In this document: piece by piece, positions 12,128-25,312 of the stretch
Layout: each line of letters starts with the position of its first letter
Numbering within the stretch: the stretch's first letter is position 1
Assembly (NCBI GenBank): GCA_009103225.1
Contig: RHPI01002220.1
Span: 50,571 to 114,570 of the forward strand
DNA: 64,000 bases
Origin: Chlorokybus atmophyticus
Lineage: Eukaryota > Plantae > Mesostigma and Chlorokybus algae
Reading direction: 5' to 3'
Program-made: the position numbers and the translations under genes
The notes under the pieces: model-generated
Told to the model about the DNA's origin: nothing
The model's database searches: none
The model's input: the letters and a program-made list of their open reading frames with translations, nothing else

Positions 12128-13788
12128 TCACACGTCAACGACATCGCCTCGAGGCAGAAAGAGGAAAGTGATTATGACGATGATGGCGTACACGCCACAG
12201 ACGAGTGGAAGCCAGATGGCACTCGCGTCATCCTCATTAAGCACCTGAGATAAGATGTGTGCAACAGTGCTGTTAGGCGACGACACGTGCGCACACGCAT
12301 GCACACGCACGAGTCCATCGACACACATGCATACACGCGCACATACGCACATACACCCACACACCTTGAAGAGCCAACCGAAGAAGACGCCCGATATCAG
12401 ATACACGTAGTTGCGTCTAAACCTCACACCGATCGCTTCAATAAGACTGATATGAAACCGCGGGCACACAAGCGAGGCGTGCAACTCCTCCCTCCAATTG
12501 GAAAAATTGGTACCTTTGCCCATGTGTGCATGTGCGTGTGTGTGTGTCCGTGTCCGTGTGCGTGTACATGTGCGTGCGCGTGTGCACGTGTGCGTGTGTG
12601 TGCGTGTGTGTGTGCGTGCGTGTATGTATACATGCGTATATCTGTGCGTGTGTACGAGTGTATACGCGTGTGTATATGCGTGCGTGTGTACCTTTTTCTT
12701 TCTCCACATGTGTAGGTGCATGTGTGTGTGTGTCTCTCTCTTGTCTCAAAGCTCTCCCAAACAGGGCTTCCCCATACAGTCCCCCTTCCATCAATCTGCA
12801 CCGTTCATGCGACACCAAGTAGTAGCGATATCTCCTCGCTTCCAAGAGACATATGAACAGCACGATGCTCGCGATCACGGCGAAGAACGCGCTCGATATC
12901 GATGAGTTGCTGACGGAAACGACCATCAGACCGCCAGTGAGAGTGATGGCCCAGTTGGTGGAAGTGTCGAGACGCTGCCTAAAGGGAGAGCGTGTGCGTG
13001 TGCGTGTGCGTGCGTGCGTGTGTTGGGGTAAGAGTGGGCGTCGTAATTGGTGATGGGTGGTAACGTTGTGTGTGAGTGATGAGAGTGGTGTACGCCAACC
13101 AACCTGTACACGCCGAGGCGGCCGACCTCTCCTGCAACACACACAACCAACGTGAGCTTGTGTTACTTGTTGTGCTTGTTGCACGACTACCGTTTGCACG
13201 CAGTTGTGTGATGTGCGTGTCAAACGCGTGATTTGCTGATGCAGGCGTGTGTCTGCGCATGTGTGCAATGCAGAGATGACTGTGTATGTGCACTGTTGTT
13301 GCTGTATAGCGTGCATTTGCCTGTGTGCGTGTGCGTGTGCGTGTGCGTGTGCGTGTGCGTGTGCGTGTGCGTGTGCGTGTGCGTGTGCGTGTGCGTGTGC
13401 GCGTGCGTATGCACAATTTCACCGCACACACATACACACTTACCTCTGTACAGATGCACCAGCGCAGTGATGAGGTCGCTCTGTTTAAACTGGATCTCCT
13501 CCAATTTTGGAAAGCTGCTGCCACCACTCTGTTGCTGCTGCTTATCTGGTTGTTGTTGTTGTTGTTGGCTTTGTGCGGGCGCCGGCTTTCCTTTTGAAGC
13601 AAGTCTTACTTTCAGAAACAACAGACACGATGATACTAAATGTACCATACATGGTTTGCGTGATACTACAAGTATGTACCTTGAGTTGGTGGCTCTATCT
13701 GTATGCATGTCGTGGGCATCTCCAAAGACACCGCTTGGTGCTGATTGATGTCGTTGGTGTTGTGGCTGTATGATGTGTCGTCGGCCAT
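12128..13788 (-). CDS. DUF2270-family integral membrane protein (family mainly bacterial/archaeal), about 6 exons
   Basis: Spliced frame ...[38 protein letters not shown]...LFICLLEARRYRYY..SHERCRLMEGG...WREELHASLVCPRFHISLIEAIGVRFRRNYVYL...DVVDV-TGA matches DUF2270 hallmarks as I recall them (LVHLYRGE, WRxRLDxTTNWA, EARRYR, RRNY). Confidence 0.85.
13323..13400 (+). repeat. (GTGTGC)13 intronic microsatellite
   Basis: Perfect hexamer tandem inside a DUF2270 intron; produces the VRVRVR/HTHTHT artefact ORFs. Confidence 0.95.
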
Positions 13789-14229
13789 CCTTTCGTAGCC
13801 CTGGTGTTAATAGAACGCACATGCAGTTTGTGCATTATCAGGGTAGTGTTGCTGACTGTGCTGTCATGCAGTAATGTTTATAGCGAAGCGCGTGTTAACA
13901 CATACACACATGCATGTGCCTGTAGGCGACGCGCGCGCGCGCACACAGCACAACACATGTATACGGACACACACACAGCACAACAGACACAACACAACAT
14001 GTATCCTTAGCCTTCATACACACATGTCGCAACCTTATGTTAAAGGCACACGTGGCACATTGACAACCACGTTTGAAACCGATTGCAAGCAAACACAGCA
14101 ACACAGCAATTGCGTTACTCAATCTGGAGATGTTTGCAAGCACACCACGTTGAGATGAGCGTTGATTGAAATGGCTCCCAAACGCAGACGGAAAGATCGA
14201 ACAAACAAGCCTCCCAAGTGAAGATTGCT

Positions 14230-14575
14230 GTACGTTTTGTGTACCCTCTGGCAATCTGATTCTGATAAGTGAGGGGATGCAAGTTGCTGCGTGCGCTGCA
14301 GGCTGTCATGCAAAAACTTTGCACTGTGGTCAGTTTCAAACTTGCAAACACACCGACCACCATACAAATGCCGAAGACTGACTGGCTGCTTCTGCATGCG
14401 CCTCAAGCGCTCGACCCAAGCCGCTGTGATAGGATGATTGTTCCACTTGATTGTTGCCATGATTCTCGTGGTTGTGGTTGTGCTTGTAGGTGTAGGCGTG
14501 GCTGTTGCTTATAGCCTACCTGCGCCGCAGCAGATGAGGACGCGAGTCGCTCCAGAGACAGCTGCCGCCTCACAG
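14230..14575 (-). CDS. Possible small spliced ORF, or extra 5' exons of the DUF2270 gene
   Basis: MAVRRQLSLERLASSSAAAQ ends at a GTAGGC donor; a phase-0 segment WNNHPITAAWVERLRRMQKQP ends at a GTCAGT donor. No family recognised. Confidence 0.25.
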
Positions 14576-15547
14576 CCATAACCAAAGCCTAGCCGTCTAT
14601 ACTCTCTGCTGCTCCCTCCTCCATCCGCATTCCTCACCCTTTACCTCCGCCTCACCCTTCCACAGCCTCGCACAGAGATCTGATCTGATCTGATCAACAA
14701 CCGTAACTTGTTCATAGGTGGGTTCTCGCCTTTGAGGGTTGGCAGGGGTGAATGTGTGCAGCCCCTGTCGCTGTCAAACAGACTCTCTCTGACTGAACTA
14801 ACTGTTGCGTGCGTGACCGAGGATGGGTGTGTTTGGCACAGGCGAATGGGAAGTCTGTTGAGGATGCCAACCTCAATCTGCAATCAACTTGTGTGCAGAC
14901 ATATGCAGCAAGTGTGAGTGAATTTATATTTAAGTTACGCGGGAGCTATTCGACACTCTGCACTGCGCATGTCTGTCTTGTGCACAGGGTGAAACATAGA
15001 GGGGCCCGCATTACGAGTGCATGTGTGGCATCAAATGTATGCAGTAGTGGTCTTGTCTGTCTGGTAGTTAGACTGTGCAAATCTGACGTCTCTTGCGTGT
15101 TGGGTTAGGTGCGGTTTGTTAACAAAGATTTGCATGCATATGTGACGCACACGCAAGCACGGCATACGGCAACCAGCACACACAAGTAGTATGGTCTAGA
15201 AGCTGCGGGGCTGATACAGCGTGGGTCTTAGGCAGTGGACAAGTACATGTTGGGCAGCAAGCAAGCCAAGTTAGGCAGGTAGTGCGCTGGGCCCCACAGC
15301 AGCATCGGTACTCTAGAGGTGCATGTGCCAATGCTGCTATCCTGTGACATTGGCCAATAAAACTCAACTCCACACAGTCAGCTGACAAGCAATGAATGAA
15401 TACACATTGGCAATGACCAAGCTAAGCACTTCACTACAATGGTTGGGTCACTGCAATGGCAGTGACCCAACAACACCACAACTGCAACACATCAACGCGC
15501 CCCAAACCACATGTCCACACATCCACACATCACAACTCCACCCCACA

Positions 15548-16389
15548 TCAGTTGGCTGCGATCTGCTGCGGTCTTAGTGTAACGCCCGCTCCCCCTGTCG
15601 GCGAGTTGAACGCATCTTTCAGCGCGACCGCGGCTCTGGCCTGCGCGTGCGTGGCGGCGGCGGCCACCGCGCTCGAGCTCGGGGTCTGGTACGTCCTCGC
15701 GTACGTTGAGGAAGGGGTCGAAGTCTGGTAGTTCAGACCGTGCAGGCCGAGCGGGACCTGGCTCGCCGTCAGACGGTACCTGCAATGACATGTGTGGACA
15801 CATGAGTGAATACACACATGCGAACGCATGCACGCACACACGCGCACACACGCATGCGCGCAGAGACAAGCGCACACGCACATGCACGCGCAAGTTGTGT
15901 GCGCGTGCCTGCACTCACACACGCATACACACACATGCGCGACATGAGGAACTGATACAACTCAACACACACAACAGGAGCAGGCTTGGATCTGTACCTG
16001 TATTCCTTGGCGGCATCGCTGCCGGCGGCGAGCCCCTTAGGTTCGAAATGTATGCGATACGTCGTTCTCGTGGTAGAACCCACGGCTGCAGCTGCCCGAT
16101 CAATCTTTTGCTTCTGGAACGCGCGCGGGACCACATACGATGACTTCGTAGACAAGTCTCCCGCTTCGGATTCGGGTTTACTGCTGGTTGTGGCGTCTGA
16201 CTTGTGAGATCTGTCTGTGTTGTGCGCGCTCCGCTCCGTGTTGGTGTTCGTGCGGGCGGAGTTCGGGGCGCTCTCGTCCTCATGCTTGAACGCATGAACC
16301 CGAGCGGCAAGAGCCTTGCGATGCAACCTGCATGATTGAGACACATAAACGCATGCACAAGCACACGCAGACTCATCGATACACACGCC

Positions 16390-16420
<31 letters not shown>

Positions 16421-19400
16421 GCGCGCGCTGTGAACTGATGTGCACCGGCACACAGCTCAACATGTTCCTGTAAGTTGACTGACCAGTTGAGTATACCATC
16501 CATGCCTGAGATGATGAACAAGTAGTCACCTGATCAACTCTGGCGTGTTCTGTCCGAACGCGATGCCGTACGATGAGACGTGCTGCTTGTCCGGTATGTG
16601 CCCCGCCCACGTCAGCGGCACGTTGCTCTTCCACGTGTCCATCACAGGAGGACCCTGCGATGGCGCCGCCTGCAAGAGTAAGAGAACACAACTTCAACAC
16701 TTCATCATGTTGTGCGTGTGCATGTGCGTGTGTGCCGTCGTGTGTTGGTGCGTGTGCGTGTGCGTGTGCGTGTGCACGTGCGCGTGCGCGTGCGTCTCTG
16801 TCAGCCAACAACAAGTCCACATTATCACCTTTTCGCCAACGGTGGAGATTCTGCTCAAGCTGTCGGCCACTTGCTTCTGCAACGCCTCCTGAATCTCCGA
16901 GCGGTGTCTCCGCTTCGCGAGGTTTGCGGGCTTGGCTCTGCTCTCGCCCACGAGGCGCCGCTTGTTGTCCGCCAACTCCTGTGTTGGGGAGCACAAATAA
17001 ATACAATACAACCACCTTGTGAGACACAACCATACAACCATACAGCACAACACCTTACACAACGCCATATGTAGTGTACGGACAACACAGAGCCATCAGA
17101 CAACACAGAGATACCACACAAAACCAGTGAATATCCACACAGACACAATGCCAAACGCAAGACACAGCACAACTCAAGACAAGACAACCCAACCCAACCC
17201 AACCCAACCCAACCCAACCCAACCCAACCCAACCCAACCTAACACCAACCCAACATCACCCACCTGTTCCCTCTCTGCCCACGCGGACGACGGCCTCCCT
17301 CCCCCGGCGTGCGCCGCGTGCGACGTGGACCTGTGGTTGCCGTTCGGTCTGACCGCGACGTGGAGGGAGCGGAGGACGTCGAGGAGGTCGCGGCGGTCGG
17401 CGTCGGAGGCGGCGGAGGAGGACGCGAGGTAGGAGGAGATGGAGGCGCACGCGTCGGGGGAGAGGAGGTCGCCGTAGTAGAGCTGAGACACGACATGGGG
17501 AGGAATGAGTATACCACACGAGTGAAGATACACAACGTGCGTGCGTGCTTGCGCGTGCGCCAGCGTGCGCGTGTGTGTGTGTGTGTGCATGTGCAGTACG
17601 TTGTGATATCTTTGTGATACACTTGGGTACTCATCCACACACACACACACGCGCGCGCGCGCGCGCGCATGCACATTCGTATGCACGTGTAAACACTTTC
17701 GCACAACACAGCTCCAGCAGCTCACGCACTGCATCGCATAACGCATTACACACCACCCTAAACACCACTCCCGCACATCCACCTACCTGGTTCCTCCTCA
17801 TGTGCTGGAAGAACTGCTCCGCCGACCCCGTGATCCCCGCGCCCAACATGCCGCCACCGTCCGCGGCCGCCGTGTTGGGATGCATCTCGCGGTACGTCGA
17901 CTGCCACTGGGCGGAGGCGCTGGCACTGGCGCTGGCGCTGGTGCTGGTGCTCGGGTGCCAGCTGGACTGATGGGCGGCGTTGGAGGAGGGTAAGGGATTG
18001 GTACGCAACTCGCGGGCGGCCTATCGTTGGTGTGACGGGGTGAGGATGTGTGTGTAGATTGCGTTGTGTACTTGCGGTTGGGTGCAGCCGCAAGTACGCA
18101 CACAACCACGAGTACGCGACACGATGTCCACGTCGTGTGTGTGGATCTGTGGTCGTGCGCCACACTTGTGGTCGTGTTGTGCATAAGCACGAACACTTGA
18201 CACGATGTACACATACTATGTGTGGACTTGTGGTTGTGTTGCGCACACTATGCATACACCACAAGTCCAAGTACCTGCACGAGCTCTGGGGAGTGCTCGA
18301 TGGCGCAGTGCACCGCTCTATACGTGGACATTTGCCAATCCTGCGCCGCCTTTGCTGGCTGAGGCTGCTGCATGTGTGCTTCCGTCTCAGAACTCGTCCA
18401 AGCCTAAGAAACACCCAAAGTGTGTTGGTCATGAGTGCAATGTTGTGTCACACGCCATGGACTACTACTACTCGTTGGTAACGTTGCTTGTGTAAACTTC
18501 ACACCTGGCGAGTACTGGTAGCGCGTTCGAGCATGTGTTTCTCGGGTGGAGCGGTTTGGGGTCGTCTATGTGTGGCCACATTAGATGTTGTTGTTGATGA
18601 TGGAGCGTTGCTCCTCGACGTGTTGGGCCGAGGCTTGGCCGCGCTCATTGTCACCGTCGACAATGGCGGGGCGATTGGTGTTGGAGTTGAGGACTGGGAG
18701 GAGTCGGCTGCCATTTCCAATGGCAAGGAGACAGCCTGCGTGGGCAGAGGTATAATGAGCAATGCGCGTGCAGGCGTGCGTGCGCACGCGCGCACACATA
18801 TTTGCGCGTTTGTGTGTAATGTGCGTGCGTGCGAGCGTCCGTGCGTGGGTGGGTGGGTGGGTGCGTGGGTGCGCATGTGCGTGTGTGTGCACGTAGATAT
18901 ACGTGGGTGCGTGCGTGCGTGCGTGTGTGCACGACGTGTGTGTGCGTGCTTGAGAGGGTGCATGCGTGTGTGGGTGTGTGTCCACGTGCACACACGCACG
19001 TGTGCGTACATGCGTATGTGTGCGTGTATGCTGACGCTACCATGTGTGCGTGTATGCTGACGCTACCAACCACATGTATAGCTGAACAGTCCCAGACAAG
19101 CACACACACCATTCTTCACACAATCTGATGCAACGACAACCAACAAGACGGGACCAACACAACACACTCTTGTGCTTACTGCAAACACGCGCTGGAACTT
19201 GGTGCGCTCGTCCGCGGACGCCCGATCCAGCCACCCTTTCACTGTGGACGCATACTTGGGATCTTTCCACACTTTGGCTTGTTGTTGCTGTTGCTGTTGT
19301 TGTTGCTGCTGCTTCAGCTGATGTTGTTGCATGTGGGAGGGAGTGGAATTGTCCCTCAGTGCGCTGCTCGGCCTGCACGTGGCCGCCCTGCGGTTCTGTT

Positions 19401-19560
19401 GTGATTGTTGATGTTGTTGTTGTTGTTGTTGATGATGTGATGGAGTTGATGTCGATGGCCGGCCTGTCTGACTGCCGCTGCGGCTGTGAGACTCGGCAAA
19501 GTGCTTGGCGGCGAGCGTGTCGGACTTTGTGCGCGCGTGTCCACCCTGCAAGGTGAAGTG
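15548..19560 (-). CDS. Large multi-exon protein of unknown function (Gln/Ser/Ala-rich); 5' end may extend to about 21000
   Basis: GC-rich open exons with GT-AG ends among CA-repeat introns: ...QQQAKVWKDPKYASTVKGWLDRASADERTKFQRVFA; AWTSSETEAHMQQPQPAKAAQDWQMSTYRAVHCAIEHSPELVQ; WQSTYREMHP; LYYGDLLSPDACASISSYL; ELADNKRRLVGESR; YRLTASQVPLGLHGLNYQTS...QQIAAN-TGA. Confidence 0.65.
17179..17238 (+). repeat. (CCCAA)n pentamer microsatellite in an intron
   Basis: About 11 tandem AACCC units seen directly. Confidence 0.9.
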
Positions 19561-21939
19561 TCAAGAGCGGTATAGTTACAATGTACAACGCGTGTGAGAC
19601 TGTCAGTTTGTTGCGTGCTTGCGTGTGTATGCGACACGAGATTTGAGAGAGACCTTGTGTGTGTACGCCTATGGTACTTCTTCGATTCACAACGTGAGTT
19701 GGTTGCTTGCGCAAGCTCATTGCTACGCGTACACATACTGCCTTGCTGCTTATGCAACACGCCCATACGCGCACAGGCAGTCAGCAAGCCAGGTGGGTAG
19801 CATCACGGGTAAGGCAGTATCTAGAATACAACTTCAACAGAAGGAGATGGCTGCTTGATGTTGTTGTTGTTGTTCGCTGATTCCGCATTTAAGCTGACCA
19901 GGACACCCACCCAGCACAGCGCGCTCACAATCCTGACTTGCTGTAGTGACTTATTACAATTAACAGTGACTTGCGTGAATGATTGAATGAATGAATGAAT
20001 GAATGAATGAATGATTGACAACTTATCAACCGACCTGTTCAACACTTATACACAAGAGCTGATTGACACTGACTTGCTAGCAGAGTGACTTGCTGAGTTA
20101 CGAGCAGAGTTGCAAGCCGACAAGCAACGGAGCTGATGGACGCCAGGTGCAAATGCATTTAGGCATACACTCTCCAGATCCACACATAAGCAACTGCACC
20201 TTTGGTGTAATAATGGATGCGCCATTGACGCCAAGCTTCTGCGCCATTGCGTGCGTGCTTGCCTCACTTGGCAGCACCCTCCAAAGCTTGAACACAGACA
20301 CTGTCCGTCACCTACCTGACCTGAAAACTCCGACTCTAAGTCTAACTTTCAACATGTTGCATTACCGTGACACAGCAGCAAGTCAATAGTAATGACCGAG
20401 TACAAGCAGTCGCCGCCGACACCGTGACAACAAGACGACAACGCCGCCGACACTGCCCACAATAATAGCATGCAGTGCGGTGCATTCTCCTGCTGCCTGC
20501 GCTTTTTTCTCTCTCTGTCTTTTTGCCTCTGCCGCTTTGTCCGAGTTGACCGCCAGCTCGATATCAAACCAACCTCAGCAACGATATCAGCAAGAGAGCG
20601 GATAACGAATGCTTTGCGCTGCCGATTGGATTTCGACGAATTTGCGAAGCGGATTGGTCCGCGTGTTGAGGTTCGATTCTCGAGTCCATCGCGAAAACCT
20701 CTTGATGCCAGGATTACAGGTTTGGAGGCTTCCCCAAAACCCAAGGGTGTTTTTGAGGCAATATCTGTAACAGAATGGGATTTACCCGTGTTTTGGGTGT
20801 TAGGGCTGGAGTCGGTGTTTGGAGGTTTGTGTGAGCGTTTGGGGTGTTGGCAGCGGCGGCGGTGGCGATGGCGATGGCGGCCGTGGCGTCGTTGCCGTCT
20901 GTGTGGAGGTGCTTGTCAGAGGCCTCGTCTTCGTCATGCCTGTCGCGGTGCTCACAGACGCAGAGGGCGCTTCTGCTGGGACCGGGTGCAAGAAGAGTAG
21001 TTGGACTGAGCTTCAGCTTGCGGCGCACACAGCAGCACACATGCACAGGTGTCAGTCAGCTGCATGTATGCTTTGATGACTCAGCATTGACACAGTGTGA
21101 AGGCTGAATGCGTGCAAGGCAACAAAGAGATATCTCTCTGTGTTAGCTTGTCAGCTTGGCTAAGTCAGGTGTTTGCAACGTACAGGGTATGAAGGTACCA
21201 ACAGCTGGCAGGGCAAGCAACTGCTGTTAATCTGCTGTTTCTACGTTGAACACATGGCATTGCATGTGTTAGTGCGTGTTGCTTGTTGTGCATGTGGTCG
21301 TTGCAGCATAGCTGAGACCCATTTTGTCGGTTCTTATTCAGTACCAGCTTCAGACCCATGCATTTTGTTACTATGTGGCATTCTTGAAGCGTGGACACGT
21401 AGAAGCCAATTAAAGATGCAGAATGCACGGTGTCTATGTGCGTACCATTGGTATTGTTACAGCCCACACTGTCCATGTGGACATTCCCAGTATTGACATC
21501 CAGCGCGCAAATTTCACAGTTGTTAGCGTTGCTGGTTTTTGTTGTTGTTGTTGTTGTTGTCTGACACACACCTGTGAGTGTCATTAATGTTTGCTTGCTG
21601 GCAGGCAGTCAACAGGCACGCGACACTTGCAATGTCAAGGCTGACAGCGTGCTGACTGCCTCAGTTTGCATGCGGCATCGCGCTCATACTAAGGACTCTC
21701 ATACATTGACGTGCCAGTGCACATTCACTCTTCCCGTCATTGACGCTTTAGCTCAGCTATTGGTGTTTGCAGTAGACAGTCATTTTGTCTGTCGAGTCAG
21801 TTGTAGAGATCACTTCACGTCTGGTCTGCATGCTGTAGTGGTTTGCTTTACGCGTCGGTGTGCATGTATGCATTCACACGTGCACTCAATACAGCATGTA
21901 CTCTTACTTACTTACATTTGCTAACACCTGCAATCTGAT

Positions 21940-23355
21940 ATGCCAGCACGAGCTTTCACATCACGGCCGCCCTCCCCAAACCCCTTGTTCACCCCCCTTC
22001 GCCCTTCACCATCAACACCATCACCATCACCATCACCATCATCAAGTAAACTCTTCAGGGAGACGAGGTTATTCAGCGCGCTGCCAACAGGATTGACCCT
22101 TGGCGCGCAGTACGTCGCAGACGTCGCCGCCACCGGAGACGCCATTGAGTTCTCCGTGCAGATCGTGTACCTACTTGCGCTGCTGGCGTTCCTCGCAACG
22201 GGGAGCTTCCTTGTTGTGCGACAGGTGCGCACGCGTATGATGTTGGCCGTTGGGTTGGAGGGCTTGTTCCATCGCACTTGCACATGATTGTATGATTAAG
22301 GGAGTTCAAGTTGTGCCAATGCATGCATGCATTGAGTGTTAAGACAGGTGCGTTAAGGTGTCCAGTTGCCTTGCAATCTGCATTGTTACTCTGCTTGTCA
22401 AGAGCATTCCTCTGCCTGTATGCCAAGTTCAACCACACATTTTGCAGCTAAAGTTTTGTTGGTATTGTGTAATGCAAACAAGTCAAGATGCTTGAAGAGG
22501 ATTGTCAGTTTGATTGGTTGTCTCCTGTTGCAGGTGCTGATCCGTCGTGAGCTCGAGACGACGGCAAAGGATCTCCAGGAGCGCGCGCGCAAGGGCGAGT
22601 GCTCGGCGGGGGAGTATTTCGACCTCGGCGCCGTCATGCTGCGCAAGAAGTACTACTTCCTCGCCATCAAGTACCTTGACCAGGCCATAGATAAGTGGGA
22701 CGGGGACCCGGCCGAACTCAGCAGGGTAAGAGTCCGTTTTGATCATGGGTGTGGAATGCGTGGATGTGTGTGTAATTGGGATACAAGTTGCTTGCGTGCT
22801 GTTCCAGACAGGTGCATTGCTAAAAACTACATTGCTGATGTGCACGCCACACACACAACCACTATACTATTTGCAAGTATACTGTTGCTGTGCCTCATAC
22901 ACGAACACTACCAGTGTACTCGAGTGCATCATATGTATACATGGGGAACGCAACTGTATTGTATATTCTGTTATGGCATACTTCACCACATAGCACTTTG
23001 CACCATGGTGTACTTCACTACCCTTGATTGTCACTCTCCGTTTATCAACCGATGGTCTGTGCGTTATGAACATGTCCAATCTCTCGTGCCGGTGCAGGTC
23101 TACAATGCCCTCGGTTTCGCCCACTTCCAGTCTCAGGAGCTCAAGGAGGCCCGCTCTTGCTACGAGCGCGCCCTCGAGGCGGACGACACCTATGTGACCG
23201 CGTGGAACAACCTCGGGGACGTGTTCGAGAAGAGCAAAGAATACCGTGAGGCGCTGAGGTGCTACCGACAGGCGCTCAGCTTCGATGAGAGCAACCCGAT
23301 CGCCAAGGGGAGATTGGCGGATATGGAGACGAAAGTGCAGAGGTTGCAATTGTAA
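21940..23355 (+). CDS. PYG7: Thylakoid TPR protein, photosystem I assembly factor PYG7/Ycf37/CGL71-like, 3 exons
   Basis: Transit peptide, TM segment [23 protein letters not shown]|[34 protein letters not shown], then TPRs [10 protein letters not shown] and [14 protein letters not shown]. Exons about 21940-22224, 22534-22725, 23098-23355. Confidence 0.9.
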
Positions 23356-25312
23356 GGCGGGAGATGGAGTGGTGTTGTGCAGGTGTGTGTAGAGAGTGTG
23401 TGTAAGACTGTGGCGAGGTCTTGTAGTTTGAACAGTTTTGGTTGTAATTGAGTTCTCTCGTTTGCCCTGCCCGGATGTGTGCGCATGGTGGTCTTTGCTG
23501 GTTGTTAGTGTGGTGCTGTCGTGCAAGCGCATTGCACTATACGCTGAGTACATGCGGGGCGTGCTGTGGTGCGTGTGCATGCCGTGCCTGGTGTGCAAAG
23601 AGCAACACCATGGCCGCGGTGGGGCTTGATGATGTGTTCTACAAGTTCACGAGGTTGCCAACCTGCTGCGATGTTATCATTCAACTTGCCTAGGTGGACG
23701 TATAGAGACTACTACTTGTCTCTTTAAGGTCTTAAGCGCTGTAGCGCACCTCATGTGTAAACGTCCCTGCAAACTGTGTTGCTGGCAAGACTTGGGGGGT
23801 GCAAGTGAAGTGGCCACCAATTTGTCCGCATGGTGATCATATGGTTGCGCATGCTCAGTGCATACACAAAACTCAGCATCACGGTTTTGCATGCTTGCCC
23901 AGGTGAGGTGCCGTTTTTGGTCGCTGGCTTTGGCCTTGCTTGGCGTGCTGCTGTAGGGCCAGGACATACCATTGTTGCCGTTGCTGTATGTACTCAACGC
24001 TAACTTGCTACTTGTGTGCACCAAGCTTGGCTTGTACTCCCTTCGGCACTGTGTGCTGGCTGCTAATGTGCATGCTAGTGTGCTTGCTGTGCTGGTTGGT
24101 AGCGTCAGTTAGTTAGTCACTCAGTCAGTCAGTCAGCTGTACAGGCTTGCCACGGTCCTTGCATATGGTTAGTGCATACTCAATACGCAGCATAGATGAC
24201 ATATAAAGTCGCACATGTACTTGCGTGCGCGCATGCACATGCACCTACGTGCAATCGACATCAAGTTAGCACAAAGTCCAACTTCAAGCCGGACACATGC
24301 GCGTGCACAGCGCCAGCGCATGCGCGTGCCTACTCTCTCTCTTTCACACAACGCACTGCGTCACAAGTTAATGCGAACAGATTCATTAAACGCTATCTAT
24401 ACTACCAGCAGTTCAACAGCACACCCAACCCCACCACCCAACCCCACCAGCGATACCTAACCGCCACCGACAGCGCCGCTACTACTGCATGCAGTGCGGA
24501 CTCGCACTACTCACCCAAGGAGACAGCAGAGGGGCGGGGCAGAGGGACCCTCTCTCGGACAGTAACAAGGGTTGCTGCGTCGCCAGCAAGGGAGACGGAC
24601 GTGGCGAGAGAAGAGAGAGAGGGGAGGGGGAGAGAGGGGAGGGGAGAGAGAGGGGAGGGAGAGGAGGAGGGGAAGGGAGAGGAGAGGGCGCACTCACACG
24701 CTGCATGCTCATGCTTGTTCTCGCAAACCGCTGCACGACCGTGCAACTTTGGCCTGACGCTGCTGCTGCTGCCAACTGCAGGTGATAATGGAACATGCAT
24801 GCATGACTAACGGGGTAGCCAAGTAGTGGTAGTTTAGTGCGTTAGAAGTACCTAGCCCGGTGGTGAAATAGCACTGTGACTGCTGCTGACTGTTTGCTTG
24901 CGGCGTGTGCATGACTACATGCTTGTCTCATGCTTATGACCCCTTGCATGCGGTGCTATCAGCACTCCATCTTTTGTACACTAGATCCATGCCTACAGCA
25001 GCCTCACAACACAACATCAGCGCAGCAGCGCTACGCTCAACCAAACATCTAAGCCACTCCAGCTAGCGCAACGTCCGCTTCTACCTCTACCGGCCGCCCC
25101 CCGCACGCAGTGGGCTCCAGTCCGGAGCCGCCGCCACAGCCGCCGCGCTCCTGCGAACACATTGATCGGTTTGCCGTGTGCAACTTTCCGACTCTAGCTG
25201 CATAAGTCCTCACTCATGCATGGCATAAGCTGAAGCAGCCGGTCAGCCAGTCTGTGCCACTTGTGTGTGGTTGCTGTGTGTTTGTCGGTTGACACCAGCG
25301 CCTCCTCGGTGG

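Noticed and set aside
12257-13602. Long ORFs rich in HT/VC/RV dipeptides (also at 16-19 kb and 28-32 kb)
   Set aside because: Translations of intronic CA/GT microsatellites, which lack stops.
14119-14460. Faint resemblance to pyruvate dehydrogenase kinase (QPVSLRHLY..SAKFLH)
   Set aside because: The ELPxRxA motif and all downstream kinase exons are missing; the match spans probable introns.
20349-21046. Separate gene or 5' exons of the 15.5-19.5 kb gene
   Set aside because: Several competing open frames and no convincing splice path.
23600-24800. Minus-strand gene with a transit-peptide-like first exon
   Set aside because: Openness is explained by a GA/CT-rich tract; downstream exons show no motif.
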